The translations under genes and the position numbers were made by a program. DNA of 63,702 nt, filler included. It is 7 parts of 7 records of this genome, joined end to end, with 100 filler letters (N's around TTAATTAATTAA, not from the genome) between each part and the next. Parts side by side here need not be neighbours in the genome. Positions count along the whole stretch, not along the records: positions 24,221 to 42,451 come from SRR20825010_6008; positions 42,552 to 49,381 come from SRR20825010_6022; 5 more parts are not named here. One strand, written 5' to 3'. Position 1 is the stretch's first letter, and each line of letters starts with the position of its first letter. This document shows positions 38,553-49,481 of this stretch, piece after piece. Below the pieces are notes generated by a model. It searched no databases. It had not been told where the DNA came from and worked only from the letters and a program-made list of their open reading frames with translations.

Positions 38553-41255
38553 ATGAGCAGCGTTTTCGAGGACGGTCGGATCACCGCAATGCTGGGACCG
38601 ACCAATACCGGCAAGACCTATTTCGCCATCGAGCGGATGCTGGCGCATGCCTCCGGCATGATCGGTTTTCCGTTGCGTTTGCTGGCCCGGGAGAACTATG
38701 AGCGCATCGTTGCCCTGAAGGGGAAGAACGCCGTTGCGCTGATCACGGGCGAGGAAAAGATCCTTCCGCCGTATGCCCGTTATTTCGTCTGCACGGTGGA
38801 ATCCATGCCTGTCGACCGGGTGGTGGATTTTCTGGCCATCGACGAAATTCAGCTCTGCGGCGACCGGGAGCGCGGTCATGTCTTCACCGACAGGCTGCTG
38901 CATGCGCGCGGCCGTCAGGAAACCATGTTCCTCGGCTCCGACACCATTCGCCCGCTGATCCGCAAGCTGGTGCCGAAAGCGGAGATTGTCGGCCGGCAGC
39001 GATTGTCACGGCTGACCTATACCGGTCCGCGCAAACTGACCCGGCTGCCGCGCCGGACTGCCATCGTCGCCTTTTCGGCGGCGGACGTATATGTGCTGGC
39101 CGAAATCATCCGGCGCCAGCGCGGCGGTGCCGCCGTCGTGCTGGGCGCTCTCTCGCCCCGGGCCCGGAACGCGCAGGTGGCGATGTATCAGGAGGGCGAG
39201 GTCGATTACCTGATCGCGACGGATGCGATCGGCATGGGCCTGAATATGGATGTCGATCATGTCGCCTTCGCCGAGGACATGAAATTCGACGGCCGCGCGC
39301 CACGCCGCCTGACCCCGCCGGAAATGGCGCAGATTGCCGGGCGCGCCGGACGGCACATGAATGACGGCACGTTCGGCGTGACGGGGGATTGCCCGCCGTT
39401 TGATGAAGAGATGGTCGAAGCGCTGGAGAGCCACCGGTTCGATCCGCTCCGTCACGTCTACTGGCGCAATCACCGGATGTCGTTCCGCAGTCTGGGTGAG
39501 TTGAAGCGGTCGCTCGAATTCCACAGTGATCAGCCGCACATGATTCGCAAGCGGGACGGTGAGGATCACCGGACGCTGGAAGCCTTGTCCAGGATGGAGC
39601 CTGTCGTGGAACGGGCAAAGGGAATGGACCGGGTGAAGCTGCTCTGGGACATCTGCCAGATTCCGGATTTCCGCAAGACCATGACGGAATCCCACGCTAA
39701 TCTGCTGTCGAAGATCTATCTCGACCTGACCGAGGGGGCGGGGTGCCTGGCTACCGATTGGGTGGCCAATCAAGTTAATCGTTTCGACCGGGCGGACGGC
39801 GATATAGACACTCTGGTAAACCGTATCGCACATATTCGAACTTGGACGTATATTACGCATCGGGGAGACTGGGTATCCGACCCGGCGCATTGGCAGGCTC
39901 AGACCAGAGCTGTTGAAGACCGGCTCTCGGATGCTTTACATGACAAGCTTACCCAGCGTTTTGTCGACAAGCGCGCGGCATTGTTCATGCGCAAGTTGAA
40001 GGACGGGGGGAACTTGGCGGCGGCAGTAAAACCTGACAGCACAGTGGTCGTGGAGGGCCATGCCGTCGGTCACATGGAAGGATTGAAGTTCGTGCCTGAT
40101 GTAGTGGATAGCGCCAACGCGAAGCCCGTGCTGACGGCTGCGCGTAAGGTACTGCCGGAAGAATTGGCCCGGCGTACGGGACAGATCGAAGCCGCGGACA
40201 ATGCGGCATTTTCGATCGGCCCGAAGGGGACGGTGATCTGGCTCGGAGCGGAAATCGCATCGCTGGAAGCCGGCGCCGATATTCTGTCGCCGCAGATTCG
40301 CGTCGTGAACGAGGAACTGATCGACGGCGAGATGCGCAAGCGGATCGAGACGCGCTTGCGGACCTGGCTGACGGGAGAGATGGAAGACCGGCTTGGCCCG
40401 CTGCTTGCGGTCAAGACGGCGGAACTCGAAGGTGCCGCGCGCGGTATCGGCTTCCAGGTGCTCGAGGGGATCGGCGGTGTGTCCGCCGATCAGATCAGCG
40501 GCTTGCGCCGGGATCTCGATGACGAGCAGCGCAAGTCGCTCGCCCGTCTCGGCATCCGCTTCGGCACCGAGACCGTTTTCCTGCCGGTGCTGCTGAAGCC
40601 GAAGGCGGTGGAATTCCGGGCCATGCTGTGGAGCGTCTTCTCCGGCCAGTATCCCGAAGGCGGTCCGCCGCCGGCCGGACGCGTGATGATCACTCGCGCC
40701 GAGGATGCGACCGACGCTTTCTACCTGGCGATCGGCTACAAGCGGGTCGGCGGTCATGCCGTGCGGGCTGACATGCTCGAGCGTGTCGCCCAGATGGTCC
40801 GTCAGGCGGCCCGCGAAGGGGCGTTTGCGATCTCTGCGGACATGCTGTCCCTTGCCGGTGTCGGCCATGAAGCCATGGCGGAAATCCTGAAGGATCTCGG
40901 CTATCGCCGTGGTGAGGATGTCGAGGAACAGCCCCGCTTCATCGCCCGGCGCCGCCAGGAGCAGCGGCGCAAGCCGGAAGGTGAGCGCAAGGCGGAGCAG
41001 GACGGCAAGTCCGAACGCGGAGATAAGCCTGAGCGTGCCAGGAAACCGGGGCATCCGGGTAAAGCGGCCCAGGATGGCTCCGGCGAAAAGCGGGAGCGCA
41101 AGGGTGGGCAAAAAGGCGGGCCGCGGAAGCCGAAACGGCACGGTGACGGGCCGAAGCGCGATGACCGGCCGAAGGTGATCAGCTCGAACGGGCCGGCCAT
41201 GCGCCCCGAAGATTCCCCGTTCGCCATATTGCAGCAGCTCAAACTGGCAAAATGA
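38553..41255 (+). CDS. Suv3-like (MgpS-type) SF2 ATP-dependent helicase
   Basis: LGPTNTGKT, DEIQ, ATDAIGMGLN and QIAGRAGR; basic low-complexity tail ending DSPFAIL. Confidence 0.93.
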   Translation: MSSVFEDGRITAMLGPTNTGKTYFAIERMLAHASGMIGFPLRLLARENYERIVALKGKNAVALITGEEKILPPYARYFVCTVESMPVDRVVDFLAIDEIQLCGDRERGHVFTDRLLHARGRQETMFLGSDTIRPLIRKLVPKAEIVGRQRLSRLTYTGPRKLTRLPRRTAIVAFSAADVYVLAEIIRRQRGGAAVVLGALSPRARNAQVAMYQEGEVDYLIATDAIGMGLNMDVDHVAFAEDMKFDGRAPRRLTPPEMAQIAGRAGRHMNDGTFGVTGDCPPFDEEMVEALESHRFDPLRHVYWRNHRMSFRSLGELKRSLEFHSDQPHMIRKRDGEDHRTLEALSRMEPVVERAKGMDRVKLLWDICQIPDFRKTMTESHANLLSKIYLDLTEGAGCLATDWVANQVNRFDRADGDIDTLVNRIAHIRTWTYITHRGDWVSDPAHWQAQTRAVEDRLSDALHDKLTQRFVDKRAALFMRKLKDGGNLAAAVKPDSTVVVEGHAVGHMEGLKFVPDVVDSANAKPVLTAARKVLPEELARRTGQIEAADNAAFSIGPKGTVIWLGAEIASLEAGADILSPQIRVVNEELIDGEMRKRIETRLRTWLTGEMEDRLGPLLAVKTAELEGAARGIGFQVLEGIGGVSADQISGLRRDLDDEQRKSLARLGIRFGTETVFLPVLLKPKAVEFRAMLWSVFSGQYPEGGPPPAGRVMITRAEDATDAFYLAIGYKRVGGHAVRADMLERVAQMVRQAAREGAFAISADMLSLAGVGHEAMAEILKDLGYRRGEDVEEQPRFIARRRQEQRRKPEGERKAEQDGKSERGDKPERARKPGHPGKAAQDGSGEKRERKGGQKGGPRKPKRHGDGPKRDDRPKVISSNGPAMRPEDSPFAILQQLKLAK

Positions 41256-41650
41256 CCGAAGACGAGACACAGCGTCTCGATAAGTGGCTTTGGTGCGCGC
41301 GGTTCTTCAAGAGCCGCGCGCTCGCCAACAAAATGGTCGGGGCAGGGCGCTTGCGTCTTTCTGGAAAGGTGGTGTCGAAGTCACACCAGCTTGTCCGCAC
41401 AGGAGACGTGCTGACCTTTCCGCAAGGCCCGAATATCCGGGTGGTGAAAGTGCTGTTCCTGGCCGAGCGGCGCGGGCCGGCTCCGGAGGCGCAAACACTT
41501 TACGAAGATCTTGCGCCTATCGAGGCCGGCACCGGCAAAAGTGATAAACCCAAGGAGGCCCCCGCTCCGGCGCAGCGTGAGCCGGGTGCTGGACGTCCGA
41601 CGAAGCGTGACCGGCGCCTGATCGACCATTTTCGTACGACTGAAGAATGA
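41252..41650 (+). CDS. hslR: RNA-binding S4 domain protein (Hsp15-like)
   Basis: RLDKWLWCARFFKSR, RGPAPEAQTLYED and GRPTKRDRR. Confidence 0.9.
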   Translation: MTEDETQRLDKWLWCARFFKSRALANKMVGAGRLRLSGKVVSKSHQLVRTGDVLTFPQGPNIRVVKVLFLAERRGPAPEAQTLYEDLAPIEAGTGKSDKPKEAPAPAQREPGAGRPTKRDRRLIDHFRTTEE

Positions 41651-41782
41651 GGCTGTTGATTACTACATTCCGGCGATGGCGGCTCGTGGCTCGCCCCATG
41701 GCTTGCATGCTGAACACGCTTGCTAAACCCGACCGAGAGCTTAGATAGAAGACTGAATTCCAACCAACTCCGGAAAGTGCCA

Positions 41783-42247
41783 ATGCTCGGCTCCCTCAAA
41801 GTATTTTTCGATGCAGTCCGTTCCGGCGGATCTGCGGAAGCCTCCAAAGTCGACGGGTCGGAAGAAGCCGTTGCGGCGCTGCTGGTCAAGGCTGCGACGC
41901 TCGATGGCGACTTCGGTGCTGACGAGCGTCGCGCCATCGAATCGCTGCTCGCTTCCCGTTTCTCATGTTCGCTGGAAGAGGCCGTCGCAAAAGTTGATGT
42001 GGCGGCGAAAGATCTCGAAAGCAGTGTTGATTTTTACAGTTTTACCAAGGTGATCCGTGATGAATTCGATCACGACCAGCGGGTCGAACTTATGGAAATG
42101 CTGTGGGAAGTCGCCTATGCCGACGGAGTGCTGCATGACTATGAAGCCAGCCTGATGCGCCGGGTCACGGGGTTGATTTATGTGACCGATCAGGAGAGTG
42201 GCGCTGCACGCAAGCGTGTCATGCAGAAACTCGGACTTGCCGAATAG
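41783..42247 (+). CDS. TerB family protein
   Basis: AALLV..A..DG and LMEMLWEVAYADGVLHDYE repeated metal-binding pattern. Confidence 0.85.
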   Translation: MLGSLKVFFDAVRSGGSAEASKVDGSEEAVAALLVKAATLDGDFGADERRAIESLLASRFSCSLEEAVAKVDVAAKDLESSVDFYSFTKVIRDEFDHDQRVELMEMLWEVAYADGVLHDYEASLMRRVTGLIYVTDQESGAARKRVMQKLGLAE

Positions 42248-42299
42248 GCGTTTTTTCATTAACGAAACCATCCAATGAAGCCGGACCCGGAGCGTGCCG

Positions 42300-42451
42300 A
42301 TGACGTATATCGTCAACGACCTGTGCATTAAGTGCAAATACACCGACTGCGTCGAAGTCTGTCCGGTTGACTGTTTCTATGAAGGCGAAAACATGCTCGT
42401 CATCCATCCGGATGAGTGCATCGATTGCGGTGTGTGCGAACCGGAATGCCC
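42300..42451 (+). CDS. fdxA: 7Fe ferredoxin FdxA, 3' truncated
   Basis: [47 protein letters not shown]. Confidence 0.95.
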
Positions 42452-42551
42452 NNNNNNNNNNNNNNNNNNNNNNNNNNNNNNNNNNNNNNNNNNNNTTAAT
42501 TAATTAANNNNNNNNNNNNNNNNNNNNNNNNNNNNNNNNNNNNNNNNNNNN
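42452..42551. other. Artificial contig-joining spacer
   Basis: N-run + TTAATTAATTAA + N-run. Confidence 0.99.
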
Positions 42552-43067
42552 GCAATGCGGTTCGGTCAGGCACATGGTGCCGGTCCATTCGCCGCTGGTC
42601 AGCTTGGGCAGGTACAGGTCTTTCTGTTCCTGGCTGCCATGTTCGTGCAGGCAGTCGTATGCGCCGTGCGTCAGGCCTGGGTACATTGTCCAGGCTTGGT
42701 TGGCAGCATTCATCATTTCATAAAATGCCTGATTCACTGTAACTGGCAGGCCCTGACCACCGTAGTTGGGGTCGCAGCTTAACGAAGCCCAACCGGCCTC
42801 AACAAACTGCTGATAGGCCTCTTTAAAACCTGTGGGCGTTTTAAGGGAATGATCGACCTTGTTCAAGGTACAACCTTCGGAATCGCCCACGGCGTTCAGG
42901 GGCTGAAGTACTTCCGCACAGAATTTGCCGCCCTCTTCCATGATCTGATTCATGGTGTCAGCGTCAATTTCCTCAAAGGCAGGAATGCTTTTGAAAGTGG
43001 CTTCTGCATTGAACATTTCGTGCAACACAAACTGCATGTCGCGAATTGGGGGCGTGTATTGGCTCAT
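42552..43067 (-). CDS. Acyl-CoA dehydrogenase, N-terminal part (3' truncated)
   Basis: Y.PP.RDMQFVL, GGQGLP, MYPGLTHGA and GTMCLTEPHC. Confidence 0.93.
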
Positions 43068-43084
43068 TTAAGTGTCTCCTGGTA

Positions 43085-43699
43085 CTACTGGCTCAGAATC
43101 TCGGATCGGGTTTGCTGGTAATGCTGAATCATGCGATCAAAGCCTGCGCTGGCGCGCTTCACCGACAATGAGTCGCCCATCAGGCGGCCTTGTTGGTGGG
43201 CTGCCAGAATCAAACCGACCATCTCGAATACGAGTTGGTCCGCATGGGTTTGATTGGCTGGTAAATGATTTTCTTCGATGGCCTGTGCCGCTGCACGGTG
43301 CATTTCTTTTTGCCAGTCGCGATGCATTTTGACCAGTACATCGCGAACTGCCCCTGGTCGGTCGTCGTATTCTGTCGCGCCTGAAATGTAGATGCAACCA
43401 CTGTCAATTTCCTTGCCAATCCGGTCAAGCCAGCGCATGAAGATTGCACGCAAACGCGGCAATCCACGGGGCTCTTTCAGGCAGGGAAACAACACGGCAT
43501 TGATGAATTGGGTTTCGTACTCTTGCAGCACGGCGATTTGAAGTTCTTCACGGGAGCCAAAGTGGGCAAATACGCCACTTTTGCTCATGGTCATTTTTTC
43601 GGCGATTGAACCAATGGTCAGCCCTTCGAGCCCTTGTGTGGACGCGATTTCTAATGCCGCCTCTACAATGGCGGCTCGGGTTTGTTCACCTTTGCGCAT
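43085..43699 (-). CDS. TetR/AcrR family regulator upstream of the acyl-CoA dehydrogenase
   Basis: GLEGLTIG.IA...MSKSGVFAHFGSREELQ. Confidence 0.93.
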   Translation of the reverse strand: MRKGEQTRAAIVEAALEIASTQGLEGLTIGSIAEKMTMSKSGVFAHFGSREELQIAVLQEYETQFINAVLFPCLKEPRGLPRLRAIFMRWLDRIGKEIDSGCIYISGATEYDDRPGAVRDVLVKMHRDWQKEMHRAAAQAIEENHLPANQTHADQLVFEMVGLILAAHQQGRLMGDSLSVKRASAGFDRMIQHYQQTRSEILSQ

Positions 43700-43701
43700 A
43701 T

Positions 43702-43728
43702 AAAAATAGACCGAACGTTCGTTTTTTT
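43702..43728. promoter_or_regulatory. Putative TetR operator
   Basis: Perfect core palindrome CGAACGTTCG (43712-43721) with A/T flanks, between a TACACT -10 (minus strand) and the TetR start. Confidence 0.6.
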
Positions 43729-43934
43729 ACGAGTGTACGCTATTTCTCGGGAAAAAAGGCAATGCGTAGGGTTAGAGAAATCACTCTAGGGCTGAACGAC
43801 CATTGGCGGCAAATTAAAAGACATTCAATAAATTTGAATAACAAATGCAAAAAGAAGCACTCGATCAAACGGTGGCTTGGGCTGATGATTCATGCATCGA
43901 TTCAGTGAATCACCCCCCAACATGGAGAATCAAT

Positions 43935-44390
43935 ATGAGCACAACTTTGAAACAGCAAACCGGAATCAATCAAAAAATCGACAGTACTTTGAATGCAATT
44001 GCCAATCCCTTGGCACTGGCGGGCCGCGTACTTCTGGCAACCATGTTCGTGCTGGCGGGTTTTAGCAAAATAGGTGGATTTGACGGCACAGCAGGCTACA
44101 TCGCATCGGTTGGACTGCCCTTTGCAGAACTGTTGACCGCCTTGACCATCGTGGTGGAAATTGGTGCGGGTCTGGCCTTGATTGTGGGCATCCAGACAAG
44201 AATTGCAGCTCTTTTGCTCGCAGGCTTCACTTTGGCAGCTTCGGTGTTGTTCCACAATTATTGGGCCATGCCAGCAGATCAAGCCTATGTGCAGCAATTG
44301 ATGTTCATGAAAAACATCAGCGTGGCAGGCGGCTTGCTGATCATTGCGGCCTTGGGTGGCGGTGCCTTCGGCTTCAGCAAAGGCAAGTAA
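43935..44390 (+). CDS. DoxX family membrane protein
   Basis: GRVLLA..F..AG..K, EIGAGLAL..G..TR.AA, FH.YW and FMKN..AGGLL. Confidence 0.92.
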   Translation: MSTTLKQQTGINQKIDSTLNAIANPLALAGRVLLATMFVLAGFSKIGGFDGTAGYIASVGLPFAELLTALTIVVEIGAGLALIVGIQTRIAALLLAGFTLAASVLFHNYWAMPADQAYVQQLMFMKNISVAGGLLIIAALGGGAFGFSKGK

Positions 44391-44394
44391 AGCA

Positions 44395-45045
44395 TCACAC
44401 CACTGGAAATACCATTTCGCCTGTTTTGGGAACAACCGCATACCCTCCGGTGAAAGCCCCGAAAGAAGGCAGAATCAGTTGATCTGGCTTCAAGTAGAAG
44501 CACGGCAAGCGCGCACGGCTTCTACCCTTGCCATGCAGCACAAACGCCGGGTGTTCATGCCCAGCCAGAGCAAAAGCCGCAGGCACATTTTGCGGGTGAT
44601 GACACAAGGCAAAAGCACCCAAACGCAGAGGTTCAGCAACAACTGAAATATTCAGGTTCTCCGGTGGGTCGCCCGCCTTGCTGTCGTGATTGCCTCGAAT
44701 CAGCGTCATGGAAATGCCGGCATGCTGCGTGCGCCACGCATGAAGATTACTGAGCAAGTCTGGATTGTGTGCCGCTTTGGCGTGCAGCAAATCGCCGAGG
44801 AAATAGAGCGAGTCTGGTTGAAAGGTTGCAATGGCCACTGACAACCGTTCCAGATTTTCCTGTGTTGTGCCGGCGGGTACAGGCACCCCCAGACTGCGGA
44901 ATGTGGCCGCTTTGCCCAAATGCACGTCCGCCACGAACAAGGCTCTGTGCGCTGGATCGAAAACCACTTTATGACTCGACAACACCAGTGACCCGAAGGA
45001 TGTGTCAACTGTATGAGCGGGAGAATGACCGGACAAAAGAATCAC
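44395..45045 (-). CDS. pdeM: Ligase-associated DNA damage response metallophosphoesterase/endonuclease
   Basis: ADVHLGK, LGDLLH, GNHD, GHEHP and PSFGAFTGG; overlaps the Lhr helicase stop. Confidence 0.92.
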   Translation of the reverse strand: MILLSGHSPAHTVDTSFGSLVLSSHKVVFDPAHRALFVADVHLGKAATFRSLGVPVPAGTTQENLERLSVAIATFQPDSLYFLGDLLHAKAAHNPDLLSNLHAWRTQHAGISMTLIRGNHDSKAGDPPENLNISVVAEPLRLGAFALCHHPQNVPAAFALAGHEHPAFVLHGKGRSRARLPCFYLKPDQLILPSFGAFTGGYAVVPKTGEMVFPVV

Positions 45046-47675
45046 GCTTGGGCCGCCTTCTCAAGCTCGGCCACCATGCGTGCCACACGGTCGCTCAGCT
45101 TTTCCGTGCTGACTGTTTCGCGCAAGCGCTCAATCAACAAAGGGAACGCAAATGGTGTGGGGCGCTCAATCGATTTAAACACCAGCCGTTTGGACTGAAT
45201 GGATTGCAAAGCCTGTTCCATTCGGTTCAACTCCAGTTCTTGCTCCAATGCCTCACGCTGCGCCTGGTCCAGCAACAAGTTATGTTTGTCGTGCTTTTTG
45301 AATACCTCGAAAAACAAACCGCTGGAGGCCTGCAATTGTTTGGTGCTTTTGCCTGCGCCCGGATAACCCTGAAACACCAGCCCCGCGATGCGGGCAATTT
45401 CGCGAAACCGGCGCTGTGCAAGTTCAGAGGCGTTCAGGCAATCCAGTACATCCTGAAACAGATTGTCTGTGGTGAAAAGCGGAGAATCGGCTAGGCTGCC
45501 TGTGATCCATTCCTGCCAATTCACTGGCTCGGCACTCAATAATTCAAACCCATAATCATTCATGGCAATTGAAAATGTGCCCGGCTTGTGGCGCGAGGCG
45601 CGCCAGGCCAGAAGGCTAGCCAAGCCAATATGCACAGTGCGCCCTTCAAATGGATATACAAACAGGTGGTGGCCTTCTTTGCTGTGCAATTCTTCAATCA
45701 ATAAATTGCCCGTGTTGGGCAATGCACTCCAGTGCATTTGCAAGGCCAACAAACTTTCCAGTGCGCGCAATTCGGGCAATACCGGTTTTTTGCCTTGCGA
45801 GATCGCTTGATGGGCCAGCTCCAACATTTGCAGTGAAGCATGCGCAAGTTCGCTGCTCAAGGGCATTTTTCCACCTTGCCACTGGGGCACTGTGGCCTTT
45901 TTTCGATCGGCCTTGCGCACATAGGCGGTCATGTCGCGCACCTTCACCAGTTCCAATACACGGCCTGCAAAACTGAAACAATCGCCGGTTTTTAAACGCG
46001 CAATGAAGCCTTCTTCAATGGTGCCCAAACGGCCGCCTGTCATCCACGCCACATGCATGGCGGAATCGGAAACAATGGTGCCCACGGACATGGCATGCCT
46101 GCGCGCAATGTCGCGACGCGGTACACGGTAAATGCCTTCTTCGTCCACAGCTACGCGTTGATAATCAGGATATGCAGCCAGGCTTTCACCCCCCTTTTCA
46201 ACAAAAGCCACAGCCCAATCAAACTGGGGGCGAGTCAACTGCGAATACGCACTGGTGGTGCGCACTTCAGCAAACAATTCATCGGGCTTGAAGCCGCTAC
46301 CCATGGCAATGGTGACCAGGTGCTGCACCAACACATCAAGCGGTGCTTGCGGGCTGAAACGCGATTCGATCTGCCTGTTTTCTGCCGCGTGTCGTGCGGC
46401 GGCAGCTTCAATCAATTCCAGTGCATTGGTGGGCACCACGGTGATTCTGGAAGGCCTGCCCGGTGCATGCCCGGAACGGCCTGCGCGTTGAAGCAAACGG
46501 GCAACGCCTTTGGGCGAACCGATTTGAATAACCCGCTCTACGGGTAAAAAATCAACGCCAAGATCAAGTGATGACGTGCACACCACCACCTTAAGGCTGC
46601 CGTTTTTCAATCCTTGTTCAACCCAGTCGCGCACCGATTTATCAAGCGAACCATGGTGCAAAGCCAGGGCACCCGCATATTCAGGCCTGGCATCAAGCAA
46701 CGCCTGGTACCAGATTTCCGCTTGAGAACGGGTGTTGGTGAAAACCAGAGTTGAGGCGGACTGGTCAATTTCACGGGCCACAAACTCCAGTTGCTTCAAA
46801 CCCAAGTGCCCGCCCCAGGGAAAGCGCTCGAAGGTGTCGGGGATCAGGCTATCAATCATCAACTGCTTGGGCAGTTTGCCTTGAACCAAGGTGAACTTGC
46901 CCTGATTTTTAACGGGGTGCAACAACACATCCATGGCCACGTTCAAATTGCCCAGGGTGGCGCTCAAGCCCCACACCTGCAAACCGGGGTTGATCGCCGC
47001 CAGCCGTGCAATGGCCAACTGCAGTTGCACGCCGCGTTTGTTGCCAATCAGTTCATGCCATTCGTCCACCACCAACACTTGCAGCTTGCTCAAATTGGGC
47101 TGGCTGCTGGCCCGTGTGAACATCAGGGTCAGGCTTTCAGGCGTGGTGACCAATGCGAAAGGTGGTTTGCGCAAAATGGCTGCTCGGGCTGCGGAATCTG
47201 TGTCGCCCGTTTGCAGGGCCACATCGCAATCGCAGGCCAGTGCCCTGGCCGATTGTTGCAAGGCCTTGGTGCTGTCTGCGGCCAAGGCACGCATGGGCGT
47301 GATCCACATAATTTGTGTGGCTGCGCCGCGCGGCCGTGGCAGTTGTGCCACCCGCAACAATGCCCCCAACCACACAGCCAGTGTTTTACCCGCTCCAGTG
47401 GTGGCATGCAGCAAACCACTGTGGCCCTTTTGGAAGGCCTGCCACACCTGTTGTTGGTACTCAAAGGGTTGCCAGCCCAGTTCATTGAACCAGCCATTGA
47501 CACGGCTGGGAGTCAATTCTGCCAAGGGCGGACATTCCGGAATTTCACCTGAAATTGTTTCAACTGCTTGCGCTGCAAGCTGTACTACCTTGTCAGCCGC
47601 TTTCTTTTTGCGGCGCAAAGCCTTGAGTTGCGTGCCAACATTGGGGCCGGGTGGAATGCCTCGAAATTCAGACAT
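45042..47675 (-). CDS. Ligase-associated DEXH-box (Lhr-core) helicase
   Basis: [38 protein letters not shown] and QRAGRSGH; start trimmed to MSEFRG. Confidence 0.93.
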   Translation of the reverse strand: MSEFRGIPPGPNVGTQLKALRRKKKAADKVVQLAAQAVETISGEIPECPPLAELTPSRVNGWFNELGWQPFEYQQQVWQAFQKGHSGLLHATTGAGKTLAVWLGALLRVAQLPRPRGAATQIMWITPMRALAADSTKALQQSARALACDCDVALQTGDTDSAARAAILRKPPFALVTTPESLTLMFTRASSQPNLSKLQVLVVDEWHELIGNKRGVQLQLAIARLAAINPGLQVWGLSATLGNLNVAMDVLLHPVKNQGKFTLVQGKLPKQLMIDSLIPDTFERFPWGGHLGLKQLEFVAREIDQSASTLVFTNTRSQAEIWYQALLDARPEYAGALALHHGSLDKSVRDWVEQGLKNGSLKVVVCTSSLDLGVDFLPVERVIQIGSPKGVARLLQRAGRSGHAPGRPSRITVVPTNALELIEAAAARHAAENRQIESRFSPQAPLDVLVQHLVTIAMGSGFKPDELFAEVRTTSAYSQLTRPQFDWAVAFVEKGGESLAAYPDYQRVAVDEEGIYRVPRRDIARRHAMSVGTIVSDSAMHVAWMTGGRLGTIEEGFIARLKTGDCFSFAGRVLELVKVRDMTAYVRKADRKKATVPQWQGGKMPLSSELAHASLQMLELAHQAISQGKKPVLPELRALESLLALQMHWSALPNTGNLLIEELHSKEGHHLFVYPFEGRTVHIGLASLLAWRASRHKPGTFSIAMNDYGFELLSAEPVNWQEWITGSLADSPLFTTDNLFQDVLDCLNASELAQRRFREIARIAGLVFQGYPGAGKSTKQLQASSGLFFEVFKKHDKHNLLLDQAQREALEQELELNRMEQALQSIQSKRLVFKSIERPTPFAFPLLIERLRETVSTEKLSDRVARMVAELEKAAQA

Positions 47676-47734
47676 GGGGGAACTGCTGGAAAAAACAATT
47701 CCTGATTGTGCCACGGGAAATACAAAAAATTGGC

Positions 47735-49381
47735 TTAAACCCTGGCAATCAATTCGACGTTGCCACCTGCGGCTGTGGTGTTGGTGCAAACAAGCTGTTC
47801 ACGCATCAGCCGATAAGCGGGGTAAGTGCCATCCGCATTCGCGAGCACCAAGGCAATGATGCGCTGCGAATATGCAGCCAGCGTTCGGGCCACTTCGTGT
47901 GCATGTTGTGGTGTGTGCTCGCACACCGCTGCATCAATGTGTTCAAGGTGAATTGCATCAACCCAATCGATACACCGACCGTGCCATCTATTGAACATTC
48001 CAGCTTCAACAACAGCCACATTTCCTGTGGCCAACACCGCATCAATTTGCTGCCGAAGCAGTGTTTCATCCCGAGCGGTACACCACACCCGACCACGGGG
48101 CCGGCAGCGGAAAAGGTTTTGTTCGCCAGTGGGGCCAGGCAATACTTCTTCCTGTAAATTCGCAACCTGGGCCATGCGCATCAAGGTGGGCAAGTAATGC
48201 GGGCCGCCTGCCTTGGGTCCGGTTCCCGATTTTCCATGTCCGCCAAATGGCTGGCTGCCCACCACGGCACCCACCATGTTTCTGTTCACGTACACATTGC
48301 CGGCTTCTATGGTGTTGCAGGCCAAATCGATCATGGATTGAATGCGGCTGTGAATGCCAAAAGTCAGGGCGTAACCGGTGGCATTCAATTCATGAAGCAA
48401 GGCAGGTAGCTGGTCGGCCTTGAAACGCAACACATGCAGCACAGGGCCAAACACTTCATGCTGAAGTTCATTCAAACGCTGAAGTTCAATCAGCGTGGGT
48501 GCAATGAAGTAACCCTGCGCGGAAGGGTCAACACGTTCAGCCTGAAAAACCGGCAAACCTTTTGCCTTCATGCTTTCAATGTGGGCGTGCACAGCCTGCC
48601 ATGCATCTTGATCAATCAAGGGGCCAAGATCGGTCGAAAAAACTGCTGGGTCACCGACCTGAAGTTCCTGCATTGCGGCTTTCAGCATGGTGATCAATTT
48701 GTCGGCAATGTCGTCCTGCACACACAGCACTCGAAGAGCCGAGCAGCGCTGCCCTGCGCTTCCAAAAGCCGATTCAAGTGCATCGCCCACCACTTGTTCC
48801 AGCAAAGCAGACGAATCAAGCACCATGGCGTTTTGTCCGCCTGTTTCAGCAATCAGCAAGGCAGGAAGTTGCGAACCATCGCGGTTCAGCAAACTGGTTT
48901 GAATGTGTTTTGCAGCCGCATTGGAACCCGTGAACAACACGGTGCTGACCGCCGGAAAACTGGTCAGCCACGAACCCACTTCCCCGTCGCCATGTAGCAG
49001 CTGCAGCACGGCATCAGGCACACCTGCTTCATGCAACAACTGTGTTGCATAAGCTGCGATTTGTGGCGTTTGCTCGGCTGGCTTGGCCACCACGCCATGC
49101 CCGCTGGCCAATGCCCCCGCAACCTGTCCCATGAAAATTGCCAAGGGAAAATTCCAGGGGCTTATGCACACAGCGAGGCGCGGTGTTGTGTCAAACCGTT
49201 GCGGTGACAGCATGGAAACATGCCAGGCGTAATATCGGCAAAAATCAATCGCTTCGCGCACCTCCATGTGTGCATTCGCAATGGTTTTCCTGGCCTCGTG
49301 CACCAGCAAATTAATTAATTGAAGTTGATGTAACTCAAGCAACTCGGCTGCTTGCAACAGGCAAGCAGCACGGTGTTTGGG
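47735..49381 (-). CDS. putA: PutA, C-terminal P5C dehydrogenase part (5' truncated)
   Basis: [68 protein letters not shown] and NTTAAGGN. Confidence 0.93.
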   Translation of the reverse strand, partial: PKHRAACLLQAAELLELHQLQLINLLVHEARKTIANAHMEVREAIDFCRYYAWHVSMLSPQRFDTTPRLAVCISPWNFPLAIFMGQVAGALASGHGVVAKPAEQTPQIAAYATQLLHEAGVPDAVLQLLHGDGEVGSWLTSFPAVSTVLFTGSNAAAKHIQTSLLNRDGSQLPALLIAETGGQNAMVLDSSALLEQVVGDALESAFGSAGQRCSALRVLCVQDDIADKLITMLKAAMQELQVGDPAVFSTDLGPLIDQDAWQAVHAHIESMKAKGLPVFQAERVDPSAQGYFIAPTLIELQRLNELQHEVFGPVLHVLRFKADQLPALLHELNATGYALTFGIHSRIQSMIDLACNTIEAGNVYVNRNMVGAVVGSQPFGGHGKSGTGPKAGGPHYLPTLMRMAQVANLQEEVLPGPTGEQNLFRCRPRGRVWCTARDETLLRQQIDAVLATGNVAVVEAGMFNRWHGRCIDWVDAIHLEHIDAAVCEHTPQHAHEVARTLAAYSQRIIALVLANADGTYPAYRLMREQLVCTNTTAAGGNVELIARV

Positions 49382-49481
49382 NNNNNNNNNNNNNNNNNNN
49401 NNNNNNNNNNNNNNNNNNNNNNNNNTTAATTAATTAANNNNNNNNNNNNNNNNNNNNNNNNNNNNNNNNNNNNNNNNNNNN
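49382..49481. other. Artificial contig-joining spacer
   Basis: N-run + TTAATTAATTAA + N-run. Confidence 0.99.

Noticed and set aside
40940-41200. Repetitive Lys/Arg/Gly/Glu-rich stretch at the helicase 3' end
   Set aside because: It is an ordinary disordered tail of this helicase family, with no nucleotide-level tandem repeat.
49311-49320. TTAATTAATT resembling the linker inside putA
   Set aside because: There are no flanking Ns and the putA frame reads through it (QLINL), so it is a coincidence.
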